From positions 1 through 55,378 of the forward strand of contig NW_021833761.1 in assembly GCF_006345805.1 (NCBI RefSeq): 55,378 bases of DNA, in the 5' to 3' direction. Position numbers and translations under genes: made by a program. Shown here piece after piece: positions 25,101 through 38,368 of this stretch; within the stretch, counting starts at the first letter, position 1; each line of letters starts with the position of its first letter. The notes under the pieces were generated by a model that did no database searches, was not told where the DNA came from, and saw nothing but the letters and a program-made list of their open reading frames with translations. The DNA is from Octopus sinensis (taxonomy: Eukaryota).

Positions 25101-26541
25101 TCTTTTCTCCATACAACACAAATATTGTACCTATGTAAGATAAATTCTATCTTCTGACACACATTTATCACCATTCTGGGTTCAAATTCTATTAAGATCA
25201 ACTTACAGGAGCCACCAAAATATAACCAATAGAACGCACGGATTGTGCGCAGAACTTGATATATAATTCACTACGATAGTCTGAAGTTATGTAAGGAAAA
25301 AAATGTTTGCTTCAATCAGGGCTTATTTTTGTGCTTTGTTCTTTGTATTAGATTTTATTTACAAGTTGACACTTGAATATCTTTTGTTTTTATTGTCTTT
25401 AACACTTCAGACTGAAGCGAAGATCTGCCAACGTATTTATCATTTTCTACTACACTTAAAATAATCTTATTCCTTTTACTTAATCCTTTTATATTGCCAT
25501 ACAAGTGGTTCTGAGTATTTCTCATAAAACATTGGTCAAAATAAAAGTAGTTACTGGCCCACAAACCTCATTTTAACTGCTGTCTGCCAAGGAATAACTG
25601 TTTTTTGAAAAATACTGAGATATACTAAAAACATTCGACGAATATACATTACTGGTATTTATTTTACTCAAAATATATTGCATTGCAATATGCACATGCA
25701 TAGGTGCATATATGCGTGTGTGAATGTGTATGTGGTTTACTTACTTCATCTTCATACACCCTCTCTTTTTCTCCCACATTCTCCCTCACTCCTTTTCACT
25801 GGCGTTCATTCCTCTCGTGCCACCCACCCCTGTACATATTTCCTGTTAGCTTTTGGACTTGCGAGATCGTGGCCAATGTAAGCGTACCCCTACTCCCAAT
25901 ATTTCTCCCTGTCGGAGTTGTTTACCCAGACAAAAATCTCTCTATATTTTCATCCACGTTATATGTCTTGTTTGTAGCAGTCGTAAGTCACATTCTTCGT
26001 TTATACTCCGCATCTATCTGTTACTCTGTGTGTGCGTGGAGGGGGTGATTTTGTTTTGGGTTTACTTTACTTTTTGGAACAATCTTTCGTCTACGCCTTT
26101 GTTTTTAGCCGTAACCTTTGTCTTCGTTTTGTCTTGTATGACCTACTACCGTTTTCCACACAAAGTTAGCGACTCCTCCTCCCCCCGCCGAACTTCGAAA
26201 TCGTAATGACTCTGGATAAACAGTTGGTAGATGAAATCGATTTACCCCGTGTGTGTGTGTGTGAGCGCTAAATTACAGTAAATATTCCACATTTCTTTAC
26301 CTGATATTTTTGAAGCTCATTGAAGCACAACATGTCCAAACATTCAGTGTCCTAGAATCCCGTAGCCCAAGGAGTCTAATATGTTATGAACAGCGACCAG
26401 CATATTCTGCGTTCGAACCAGCCTGAGCGTATTAATCAGCTAATAATCGATTCTTCACATTTATTCAACTGCCAAATTCTCGTATACATAAAGATAGCAA
26501 GAAGAACTTCTTGAGTCGTGCACTGTTTAACCTTACATACA

Positions 26542-26577
<36 letters not shown>

Positions 26578-26751
26578 ATAAATAAAATATATGCATACAT
26601 ACAAACATATATGTACGTACCGTCGAATTTTATCCTCCCAGTATTGTTTTATTATATATATATATATATATTAGAAGAAATGAGGTACTCAGAAGATCGG
26701 ATGGTTTATATTTACAGATATTTATTTGTATATTACATTTTTTATATATAT

Positions 26752-27068
26752 ATCACCGATCACGGTGATATCACCGTGACCGACCAGGCTATCAGATGTT
26801 GCTACACATCGCTGGTCACAATGCGCTTCGCATTGTTTTAGCCTTCAAATGACGCCACCCTGCTGGCTAAGCGAGCAGGCCAACAGAAGAAAGAGTGAGA
26901 GAAAGTTGTGGCGAAAGAGTACAGCAAGGATCGCCACCACCCCTGCCGGAGCCCCGTGGGCTTTAGGTGTTTTCGCTCATAAACACTCACAACGCCCGGT
27001 ATGGGAATCGAAACCGCGATCCTACGACCGCGAGTCCGCTGCCCTAACCACTGGGCCATTGCGCCTCT
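26752..27068 (-). mobile_element. SINE family B (tail type 3)
   Basis: Reverse complement of 679-985. Confidence 0.88.
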
Positions 27069-27181
27069 ACATATATATATATGCGTGTAGATTCCAAGGA
27101 ATCTAATGCGCTTGGCTTAGATTTTCCTTGGACCTGGCCAGATTGGAGCAATCTCAAGATTAACCAGCCGAAATTGCGAGG

Positions 27182-27424
27182 ATGATTCGGTTCTTGACTG
27201 AAGATTGAAGGCTTCGAATGTCCCGTCCGTGATTTTTGTATCGTCTTCTGGGTGTTTTGCGTTCTTGTCCCGGTTTGTGTTTTTTTTTTTGCATATACAT
27301 ATATATATAGCATGATTCGGTTCTTGACTGAAGATTGAAGGCTTCGAATGTCCCGTCCGTGTTTTTTGTATCGTCTTCTAAGTGTTTTGCGTTCTTATCC
27401 CGTTTGTGTTTTTTTGCATATACA

Positions 27425-27430
<6 letters not shown>
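27182..27430 (+). repeat. Tandem 130-bp direct repeat (two diverged copies), PLE-terminal-repeat-like
   Basis: ATGATTCGGTTCTTGACTGAAGATTGAAGGCTTCGAATGTCCCGTCCGTG at 27182 and 27312; each copy ends in (TA)n. Confidence 0.9.
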
Positions 27431-27478
<48 letters not shown>

Positions 27479-27497
27479 TATATATATATATATATAT

Positions 27498-27534
<37 letters not shown>

Positions 27535-27565
27535 CGCATATGTATATTTGCATATACATAAATTG

Positions 27566-27613
<48 letters not shown>

Positions 27614-28819
27614 GTGTGTGTGTGTATGCATATATATAGATAGATAGACAGACAGATGCCTCCAAACATTAGTTATGCAAATACACATTGTGTGTGAATG
27701 TATAATACTTTCTTCTTAATTTTAAAAACAGCTACGGCCTTTTTGGTTCAATTCCATTTGATGTATTATTTTTATTTAAAACAATTTTGATTTTTTTTTA
27801 TTATTTTAAGTAGGCAATTCTCAGTTTTATTTTATATCTTTTGCGTTTTCATTTTGTTTGTTATATGCAAAATGTAAAGACCTCCTAATGGAAAACTCTA
27901 TCATTTTTCATTTGTTGAAATATTTTCTACATATCAAATAGCATTAAAATCTTTTATGTTTATTTCCTTCTTGAAATGTAAACGATTCTTTACAGAAATC
28001 TCCGTTTTAGCTGGGGTTTTTTTTTTCATTGCAGAATATTTCTTTTATTTTTTTAAATCCCCTTATCTTGCGATTATTTTCTTTATTTCTTTTCTTTATT
28101 TCTGTGTATTTCTCCTTCTCTCACACATTCCTAACATATATTACTTTAATTGGTATACATACACGCTTTTCCCAGAAAAATGGCATGACATTATATGGAG
28201 ACTACTTTTCAAACGTCCTTTAGCAAGCTTTTCCCTCCCAATAGTTTAATTCCAGGAACCAGAAAACAACCGTTTTCACCTTTGTTTTTCGAAGAGCGCT
28301 AACAGAACAGAGACAGTATAATTGTCTAGGGTGTTGATATTTTCAAGCGGTCTATTCTTTTATACTATAGGGGTAGAATATCTAAATATTTGGAAAAAAA
28401 ACGGGCTATGCATTGTAAAGTGGATATAGATATTCCACTTATTCGAGTCCGTGTTTCTCCGTCAATACTCAAATGATTCCAGTCAGAGAATTTCCAAATC
28501 TCGAACGCATGGAGAATATGAGCGCCATGTATTCTATTTTGAAAATGAATAGCCTAACTTATGACCTTGATGAATATCAAAATTTGATCAAGTCTCTAAA
28601 ATGAGTCCAACACTGTCTATTTAAAGAAAAATGAAATCTATGCTTGAGAGACATCATATATTAATTGAACATCAATAGTTTTATGCTTAGGAGAAACAAA
28701 CACACATTATTGGACAATGTTTCAACTTCTTAAATATCAAAGGAAAGTAATAAGTTGAAACACAAATATTCCAATGTCGAAAATATACAAACTCATAATA
28801 GTCCTTTCTACTATACGTG

Positions 28820-29020
28820 CAAGGCCTTAAATTTTGTGGAAGGGGCCAGTAGAGTACATCGTCGTCTCCAATGCTTAAATTGCTACTTATTTTATCTAGT
28901 ACTCATTTTATCGACTCTGCAGGAATGAAAGGTAAAGTTGACCTCGGTAGAATTTGAACTCAGAACATAAGCAGTCGGAAGCAATGCTGCTACGCATTTT
29001 GTTCGGTGTTTGTCTGCTTC
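28820..29020 (-). mobile_element. SINE family D, degenerate
   Basis: ATGAAAGGTAAAGTTGACCTCGGTAGAATTTGAACTCAGAAC is the reverse complement of the family D core. Confidence 0.7.
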
Positions 29021-32000
29021 TCGCCCATTTGCATACATACTCATAATGTTGATATTAAATAAAATGAATGCTACAGAACAATAAATAAACTTTCGACAGG
29101 TTTTGATCAAGCAACAGTTTCAATTTCTAGTTGAAATCATTTCACTTGAAAGAAAACTCTAATGTCACACTTTCCATTTATCTTTCTAAAACTATTGGAC
29201 AGTAGGCGCATGGAAATGATATAATGTTGGTATTCTATTTCGAATCAAACGTTTAGAGTAATTACGATATACAAGCGTAAGCATTCGAATTTGCTTTAAA
29301 AAGCAAGTAGCTTGTTTGGGCAAATAATGAAATGAAAATAAATGTTGCAAAGAATTCCCTCAAATTCATTAAATATGTTTTGTTGGTATTACTGCAGACG
29401 TCAATTGTTTTCCTATTTCTCAATATACTACATGGTTCATTCAATGTTTTATAGACATTATGCATACCTTTTATTCATCTCTATTTCAAATATTTGTATC
29501 TGAATGGAGGCATGTTGATTCGGAGTGTAATAAAAGAATGGATTTAATCAGTTTTCATGTTTAAGTTAACCTCTAAACTGATGGCTTCGTATGCGTACTC
29601 TGAGATAACCCCAATATTGATGAAAACTGCTGATGTTTTATGATATGGGAAGAAATGGAAATCTGAGCATTGTTTATGGATCGATTTCTAGTTCTCATTT
29701 CTTTTGACCTACAAATAATATTGATTTTTGTGAGAAAAGCAGGGATAGACCAGTACTGATTGAATGAGTCTGAAGTGGTTACAGCAATATTATAAATCTC
29801 CCAGATGGAAATAGAATTATGGTTCATTTTGCTAACACACTTGCAATTCTGAGCTTTCCAAATTCAATAAATATATTAAAATGACATAACTCCATTTATC
29901 ACAGGGGCATGTGGGGTTAGGATGGAAGAGAAAATGGAAGGTTGTATAGAAATAACACCGTATGAGTGCCTAAATACTCAAGTGGTTTCTAATGTTTTTC
30001 CTTGTCAATATAACTGGAAATGACGCTCTCTGAAGTCTATCAACTAAATTTGAAGTTGTAAGTTGATATCTAGACAGGAAAGCAATGTACTAACAATTCT
30101 GTACACAGATTAAAAAATATCTCGAAACGAAGCATAGATAATTCCAGTAAAAGCAGCCGATAACAGAAACTTTCTTTTCGTATCTCACTTGGCCAGACAT
30201 AAATTCCAATGAAATTTCGAGGCAAACTTACTTGTTTCAATAAGTAATGCCTTAACTGTCAACGAACTCTGAACTCACAATAAAAGTGAAATTCTTACCA
30301 TAAACAAAATATCCAAAAGTTATAAATGGTTAACAATTGATAGAAAGAATAAAATAAGACTAGTGCTATATATCACAGATAAATTTGCCGCTCCCCCATG
30401 TAAAATGCTTAGTTTCAAAGTGTTATTAAATCAAATAATGAGATTTAGATTGTATTTACTTTGCGCTTCTTTCCAGGAATGAGACAGACATTAGTCAGTA
30501 GTGTGTCATAATATACATCTTGCATTGTAAATTAAAGAGAAATATTCATGAGTTTCATTATTTCTGTAGTCACTAGCATTAAAGGCATGAGATAAATGCC
30601 AGTATATTATGGATATTTTGTGAAGTTTCGAGAATTGAAAGTTGAAAAATACAGAACAGTGAAGTAAAATTTGTGATACCGTAAAGTGTCTAATACATTT
30701 TGTTCTACTGATTTCACTATTCATAATGATTTCAGGCATAGACACAAGATCGCATTTTTGAGGGGTGAATATAGTCACCTTAAATCAATTTAATACATTT
30801 TGTCGACCCACTGACGATGAAAGAAAATGTCGATTTCGTCAAAATTCGAACCAAGAATGAATCTAAAAAGACGTAATTGAATACTACAAAGAGTTTAATG
30901 TTTTGTTCAGCCACTCTAAAATGCCGCTAATGAACGGACTTTCTTTCACCCCTAATAAGTGTTCTTAACATGGGCACGTGGCTTCAAGATTTGAAAAGAA
31001 TTTAATCAAGTACATAGATACCAGCACTTAACTGGAACTTCATTTACTAACCCTGCGAGATTAAAAGGCAAAGCTCGCCTCAGCTATATTTAAACTAAGA
31101 ACGTAAAACGCCGCAACAGGTAGCAAAAGATATTTTGAGAGACTCCCTAGTAATTCTTCTATTCAGCCTTACATCATGATGTTGTAATATACTCATATAG
31201 ACTTTGAAGTTTTTTTTTTCCTTTTTCGGACCGAGACGGCCATACCTATGAACAAAAGTGTTCAAGTCGTGACCAGCTCGTTTTTTCTTACTTTCTTTTC
31301 TAATGCATCCTATTTTAAAACTGTCGCATGTGATATGAGGGAGGTTTGCTTCTATTTCTGGAAGAGCGAAGAATCACATATTGCCTCTTTCAAGTTTTAT
31401 TGAAAGATGGAACAGAAGTGTAAAAGAAATCGGCTTAATTGTTTAGTTCGTTTTTGCCAAAATATAAGCCAGAAAATGATAAACTGGCAGCCTTAAAACA
31501 TCATAATTTTGTGGTCGAATCTTACACAAAGATGTTGGCTTCTTGAGCTCAGTTCTCATGGAGAGCTTCAATTATTTGAATCTATGAGAAGCAATTAATG
31601 AAAACGGTTTATAAAATGTTTAACTCATTCCTTCGTATTTATTTTATTTTATTATATTTATCAAATTAAATAAATTACTTGAATTGGTAGGATCACAACT
31701 CCCGCACAATTTTGTAACGTTTAGTCAGAAGACAAAGGGCAACACCCGCCATACTTTTATAAGGTCGCTGGTTAGATAACTTCGCTAAAGATAGCCAAGG
31801 ATGAAATGATGAAATAGCAGGAACAATCCCTCAATCGGGAAGCCAAACAGTTTCTGCCACTCAATTTCGTTCTCAATGCTTTCGTTGACTCGACGCCATA
31901 GCAGACAACACTTGTACATTGTCCAATACTGTGCGATCAAACCTGAAACTATATACTCCTCGAGCAAAATTCTTAATCGCACAACTATGCTTTAGTCCTG

Positions 32001-32866
32001 ATGTTTACTAACATTAATTACCATAGCAATACTCCTACAAGGCGAATATGCAAATATATATATATAAGAAATCTGCGAAATATAGCTTACTAATTGTCCG
32101 CTACTGATAGAGAAATGTTTACCTTAAAAGGAAATGATACAATATCGAATAAACAATGAGGTTTCCTTCAGCAAATCTCATTTACATCTGTTAATATATA
32201 GGTTAGTAGATTTCTATCAAATGTACTTTTAATGCTGTTTGTGTTATTCAAAAGAAATTAAAGTCTTAGATTGGAAATATTTTCGCTCTCATATCTATTA
32301 TGACAAATTCATCTGTTTTACAACACATAATTTTATTGGTGGCACTATTTTCTAATTTCCTGGAAATATGAGAAGCTTATCTGAATTTAGTCTGTTTCTG
32401 ACTGTTAACGCTCTCAAAACCGCAGTTACTAATGGATATCATGATAGCTACTTAGTAAAACTATTTTCACAATAACCACGTGTTAGATGCAAGATAAAAC
32501 AAATGAAATAATGAGAATATATTTTAGCTTTCATAGATATTGTATCGATATCCTTGTATTATACTAATACTTGCCTTGAAGTAAGACACTTAATTACACA
32601 TGCGTCATTTGATTTTATCTTGCTTCAGTGTCTGAAAAATGGATGTCACAATTCCATTTAAAGATTAACCTCCTATCCATTTAGTTTTCCATCTGCTTAA
32701 TGTCTCAGAGACTGTATCAAAACACTGACCCGATAAAATCATGTAATTTTGTTAGAAAAAGGGTAAATATTTCGAGAATCTACACAATATATGTTTCTTT
32801 GTTTTTTAAATGGTTAACTGACAAATATGATTTTAAAAATAATATCATATTGATGTGAGGATAAAA

Positions 32867-33066
32867 GCGGCGAGCTGGCAGAATCGTTAGCAATTAGAGC
32901 AAAGTACTTAGCAGCATTTCGTCCATTCTGAGTTCAATTTCCGACAAGATCGATTTTGTCTTCCGGGGTCGATAAAATAACTACCAGTTGAGCACTGGGG
33001 TCGATCTAATTGACTTGCTTCCTCCCTTGAAACTGCTGGCCTTGTACTAATATTTGAAACCAATAA
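32867..33066 (+). mobile_element. SINE family D with head
   Basis: GCGGCGAGCTGGCAGAATCGTTAGC..TTCTGAGTTCAATTTCCG..GGGGTCGATAAAATAA..TTTGAAACCAATA. Confidence 0.8.
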
Positions 33067-34139
33067 TTGGGTCAAGACCCTGGTGGCTATGTTTAATACG
33101 CATATAAAATATGTAACCTACTGGTAGGTCGTAGAATCTGAATTGCACGAATTAAGAAATGATCTTTTGGAGAAAAAGTGCAGTTTTAATGTCTGTAGGG
33201 AAGGAAGTTGATGAAAATTACCCTGATATATTACTGGAAGCTGTTCTATTGATGCCAGAAGAAAGAATAGTCGACGTAATTTTCTTGTGAAAAAATAGCT
33301 ACATAAAATCTATAATTGGTAGACGTTTCTCTCTGGTTTATTTCCATCAAAACAAAAACCAGTTTTCCATTGTAAACAAATACTAAGTATTTTAATTATT
33401 GAATTTATGCATTAATCGATTCTTAATGAATCTTCAAAACACACTAATTTCAGTTTCAGTCTTTAAAACATACTTGTGGCTCTGTATATTCCTTTCTCGT
33501 CTTCAACGCAAACTGATTGTTTTTTAACATTTCATGACATGTAGACATTTTTCGTTTTGACTACCGACTTCATTTTAATTCAGTTGACTGAGAAGTTGTT
33601 CACAATATTTACATCTGAGTGTTTGGTAAATAGTGAGATTATATAGTATATGTTTGCGAAATATTTTACTGTCTGATAAATTACTACTGTCAATGATAAC
33701 AACAGGCCTTAAATAACAATATTTGCTGAAAGAAATACCAGAATGCAGACAGATTTCTAAACGACACTGGTTAACGCAGACTTAGAATATGAATGGAGTA
33801 ACAAGAAAACATTGCTTTACACTACTATGTAAATAAATTGTACATGTCACCCTATTTCAGTTACATATTCCTCGTTTTACCAAACACTCCATCCCGTGTT
33901 TTCAATTGTTTCGGTAGTCATAGATAAATATGTGTGTATCGTTTTCATTTTGTGTGTGTGTGTGTGCGTGTATGTGCGTGCGTGCGCATGTGTGTGTGTG
34001 TGTGGTGTGTGCGTGTGTAGCAATGCAAGATATTACTACTTCACTTTTTACAAGTAATCTTCACGCGATTCAGATAATATGCATTAAAATTTAACTGTAT
34101 AGCAAATATTGGGTCCTTTCATTAGTAAAAATTTATTGT

Positions 34140-34140
34140 A

Positions 34141-34188
<48 letters not shown>

Positions 34189-34296
34189 AAATATATATAT
34201 AGATATATAAATATATATATATATATAAATATATATATAGATATATAAATATATATATAGATATATAAATATATATATAGATATATAAATATATAT

Positions 34297-34390
<94 letters not shown>
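34140..34390. repeat. (TA)n/(GA)n compound microsatellite
   Basis: Direct reading. Confidence 0.95.
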
Positions 34391-34393
<3 letters not shown>

Positions 34394-34406
34394 TACATTA
34401 CATTAC

Positions 34407-34707
34407 GAAGGCGCATGGGTCAGAGGTTAGAGCGTCAAGCTTACGATCGTGAGGTTGTGAGCTCGAATCCCGGACCGGGCTGCGTGTTGTGTTCTTGAGC
34501 AAGACACTTTATTTCACGTTCCTCCAGCTCACTCAGCTGTATCGGCCCCTTTGCCTTTCCCTTGGATACACTGTTGGCATGGAGAGGCGAGGCCGGTATG
34601 CATGGGCGACTGCTGGTCTTCCATAAACAACTTTGCCCGGACTTATGCCTGGGAGGGTAACTTTCTATGTGCAATCCCACGGTCTGTGTCGTGACTGAAG
34701 GGGGTCT
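34407..34707 (+). mobile_element. SINE family A with internal deletion
   Basis: Colinear with the reverse complement of 10278-10613; the segment between two AGCTGTA repeats is missing. Confidence 0.85.
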
Positions 34708-34740
34708 CAGAATAACATTACATTCTAACAATCCTAGCAT

Positions 34741-35028
34741 TAATACTGGTTTCAAATTTTGGACAAGACCAGCAACTTCGGTGTGGGGGAGAAGTCGATT
34801 ACATCGACACCAGTGTTCAGCTGGTATGTATTTTATCGAACCGGAAAGACGGACGAAATACTGCTGAGCACCTTTACGTTCTGAGTTCAAATTCCGCCTG
34901 GACCATCTATCCCTTTCATCCATTCGGGGTCGATAAAATAAGTACCAGTCGAACACTGGGGTCGATTTAAGCGACTTAGATCTCCCCCAAATTTGCTACC
35001 TCTGTGCCATAATTTGAAACCAATATTA
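34741..35028. repeat. Head-to-head pair of SINE-D 3' parts forming an inverted repeat with arms of about 105 bp
   Basis: TAATACTGGTTTCAAATT... versus ...AATTTGAAACCAATATTA; inner ATCGACACCAGTGTTC versus GAACACTGGGGTCGAT. Confidence 0.85.
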
Positions 35029-35064
35029 GTATACGTTCGGATACGTATATAGATATATGTTGCC

Positions 35065-35830
35065 TGTCTATGTATCTATAATAATAAGCGGCAAGATTGT
35101 GTGAATTTGTTACTTTAACTCCATCGAGACTATCCAACAGACCTCGATGAAACTTGATACGTGTGGTGGGGCTTATGCCCATGCGGTCACTTACGCACTT
35201 GGAATTTTTTAAAATTGATTTTTGATCATCATCGATTTTTCAAAAATCGTAAAATTTCGGCTTTTTTCGCACTAGCCATCGCAACATCAATTCGACGAAA
35301 AATGATTCATTCATGCGTGTAAACAGACAGCTTATTAACGGTAATCTATTCAGCATTTGCTAATTCTTCATTTGAATACGAATTGTTTTGATTTGCTAAA
35401 CTTTATTATTTCAATTCGCTGTTTTAATTCCCCAGCGTTTCAGGGTTTAAATAGTTAAGTGCATTTTATTTCGGCATTTTGCGCACTAGCCGGCGGGACA
35501 TCAATTTGATGAAACCTACCCCAAAGCATTAAATTTCGCCATTTTATGCACATGCACAAAAAGGACGACGACGCGAGTTCGCTACCAGACTCTGCTCATT
35601 TTTTCGTCAAACTGGTCCTACCCATTAATATAGATTTCAAATTTTTGAAAAATATCGAAATTTGACGAAAAATGTTTCATTGCTATAAACAGATATCTTA
35701 TTAACAATAATTTGTTTATCTTAGTTTTGATTTGCTAAAACTTATTTCAATTTGTTTGTTTCAATTCCCTAGCGTTTCAGATTTTAAATAGGGAAGAGCA
35801 TTTTATTTCTCAAACATTTTCTATTCAGTA
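35065..35830 (+). mobile_element. Possible non-autonomous Helitron-like relic with internal duplication
   Basis: TCTATAATAATAAG..GATGAAACTTG start resembles Helitron 5' ends; about 35290-35470 is repeated at about 35660-35810; no 3' end identified. Confidence 0.4.
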
Positions 35831-36859
35831 TTTCATGCATAACCATAGACATAATTACTGACAATCAAACTAAATTTATACAAACTACTACTTATATACA
35901 AGATTTAACTTATCAGTATACCTCCTCTTACCTTGCGAATACTTTGGAGTTCAGATTTGTGTTAAGTTACTAGATGAACCTTAACTCTTATAGAAGGTTC
36001 AGAATCTTATATAAGTCTTTTAAGTTAAGAGATATTCTCATGTGAGCCTCAACTTACTTCAAAAGTCAGGACTTTTTATCCACCATGTCACTTATGCAAA
36101 AGGGATTTTAGTCCTCGGATTGGATAACCCGTGTTATTTTGTCAAAACACGAAACCTATGTGATTTTATCACCCTAACCTGAGTGGATTATGTGTATATT
36201 TCTCTGTGTGTGTCTGTGTTTGTACCCCCACCATTGCTTGACAACCGATGTTGCTGTGTTTATTTTCCCACAAAATAGGATCAGAGCGAGTAATTATCTG
36301 AGGAACCATAAGAAACGTTATTAAAGCTGTTACAGGCATGACTGCAATATGAAAGGGAGCTTGCTAGGCGTTGACTTCACAACTACCACATATTTATCGC
36401 GATGTATGCGTTTGTATTTAGTTCAACTAAGTAACTATCATCAAAACTGGCGGAGATTCATAACTTTTTCACTTGTGAATAAAGGGGATAAGACGGAATA
36501 CATATGCAAAAGAAAACATGACATGCAAGAGCTTGACACTAAAGAATGAAACAAAGTAAATAAGAGGAGAGCCATATAAAGAGAATTAATATTCCAAAAT
36601 TAAAATTTATTTGGAGGATCAATTTTGGAGCAATGTTACGCTAACATTTAAACATGAAAAGATGTTATAGCTGAAGTATGAATGGGATTCTAACAACAGA
36701 TGACAGTTTGATTTGAACCCATTTCAAAAATATCTTTAATAGACGTCTAGATATTCGGTAATAAAGGTCATCGATATCTGAGGAGACTAAAACACATTAA
36801 CAGAATTAGCTTTTATGACTTCATCTTGCTATGACTGGTTTTCTGTATGATTTATCTTT

Positions 36860-37245
36860 TATTTGTCTCATTCAATGGACCGCGGCCATACTGGAGCATC
36901 GCCTCGAAGATTTTAGTCGAACAAATCGACCCGAGTGCTTTTTCTCATTCTATAGTTTTCCTTTGACGAATCGCTAAGCAACAGGGATGTAACTAAATCG
37001 ACAGCGGTTGCCAATCGGTGGTGGGGTCAAACGGAAAGACACAGATACCATAGCAACGCATACATATATATAGACGCATTTTCATATATACAGTTTCCAT
37101 GTCCTAAATTCACTCACAAGGATTTGGTCGGCCCGGGGATACAGTAGATGACACTTGCCCAAGTCTCCGCACTGTGACACTGAATCGGAAACCACTTAGC
37201 TTCAAAGCGAACATCTTAACCACACAACAATGTCTGCGACCATGC
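36860..37245 (-). mobile_element. Old diverged SINE family C copy
   Basis: GCGGCCATACTGGAGCATCGCC; CACTCACAAGGATTTGGTCGGCCCGGGG; GACACTTGCCCAAG. Confidence 0.8.
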
Positions 37246-37389
37246 ATAAACAAGGCAATGTTCATTTAAAAGAAATTCACTGCACTGAGCCCTCAAAAAA
37301 CGTTGGTCTTGTTTATTGGCAAAATACAATAGTTATCATGTAATTAGATTGATATTTCACTTACTATATTTTCATATCTCTTTCTTTAT

Positions 37390-37430
<41 letters not shown>

Positions 37431-37477
37431 TATATATATTATATAATATATATATTATATATATATATAAATATCAC

Positions 37478-37560
37478 CAGCTGACCGGTGTCTGCTACTC
37501 TAGGCCGATGAAGGACAACGATCCTGAAACACGTGTCCCTAGATGCAGTTCCGGCAGCCG
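37478..37560 (+). ncRNA. Type I hammerhead ribozyme with extended stem I, in a roughly 240-bp cassette (37473-37713) between (TA)n arrays
   Basis: TCTAGG-CCGATGA-AGGA-CAACGA-TCCT-GAAAC-ACGT-GTC-CCTAGA (37499-37543); stem I extends via CTGC/GCAG and CCGG/CCGG. Confidence 0.88.
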
Positions 37561-37713
37561 GGGGTGTTTGTCTCCCCTTCATAAATGTATATAAGGACAC
37601 AGGGAAAAATGTGTCAAAGCCATCAGGAGGCGTTCGATGCTTCCTAGGGCTATACAGTGGTGGTGTACCCCCTACTGTCACGTTCTTGTTAGATTGACAG
37701 TATACAACCATTC

Positions 37714-38272
<559 letters not shown>

Positions 38273-38325
38273 CACTTATCAACACCTGTAGAGTCGCGAT
38301 GGCGACCGAATGGGTAATTTCTTGG

Positions 38326-38368
38326 TTTCTTTTTTGATGATTGGCTCGGACTGAAACTCGTAAGAAAG
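38326..38368 (+). ncRNA. Degenerate hammerhead motif
   Basis: TTTCTT..TTGATGA-TTGGCTCGGACT-GAAAC-TC-GTA-AGAAA; core C3>T and weak stem II; next to (TA)n. Confidence 0.45.

Noticed and set aside
25690-26210. Pyrimidine-rich segment with three overlapping ORFs
   Set aside because: Low-complexity composition explains the ORFs; probably an unclassified repeat terminus, with no motif found.
29480-29990. Possible very old Tc1 transposase relic
   Set aside because: Only faint motif echoes with many stops; not supportable by eye.
31785-31946. Possible minus-strand terminal exon (TTTCAG|G..GYL*)
   Set aside because: No recognisable homology and no partner exons.
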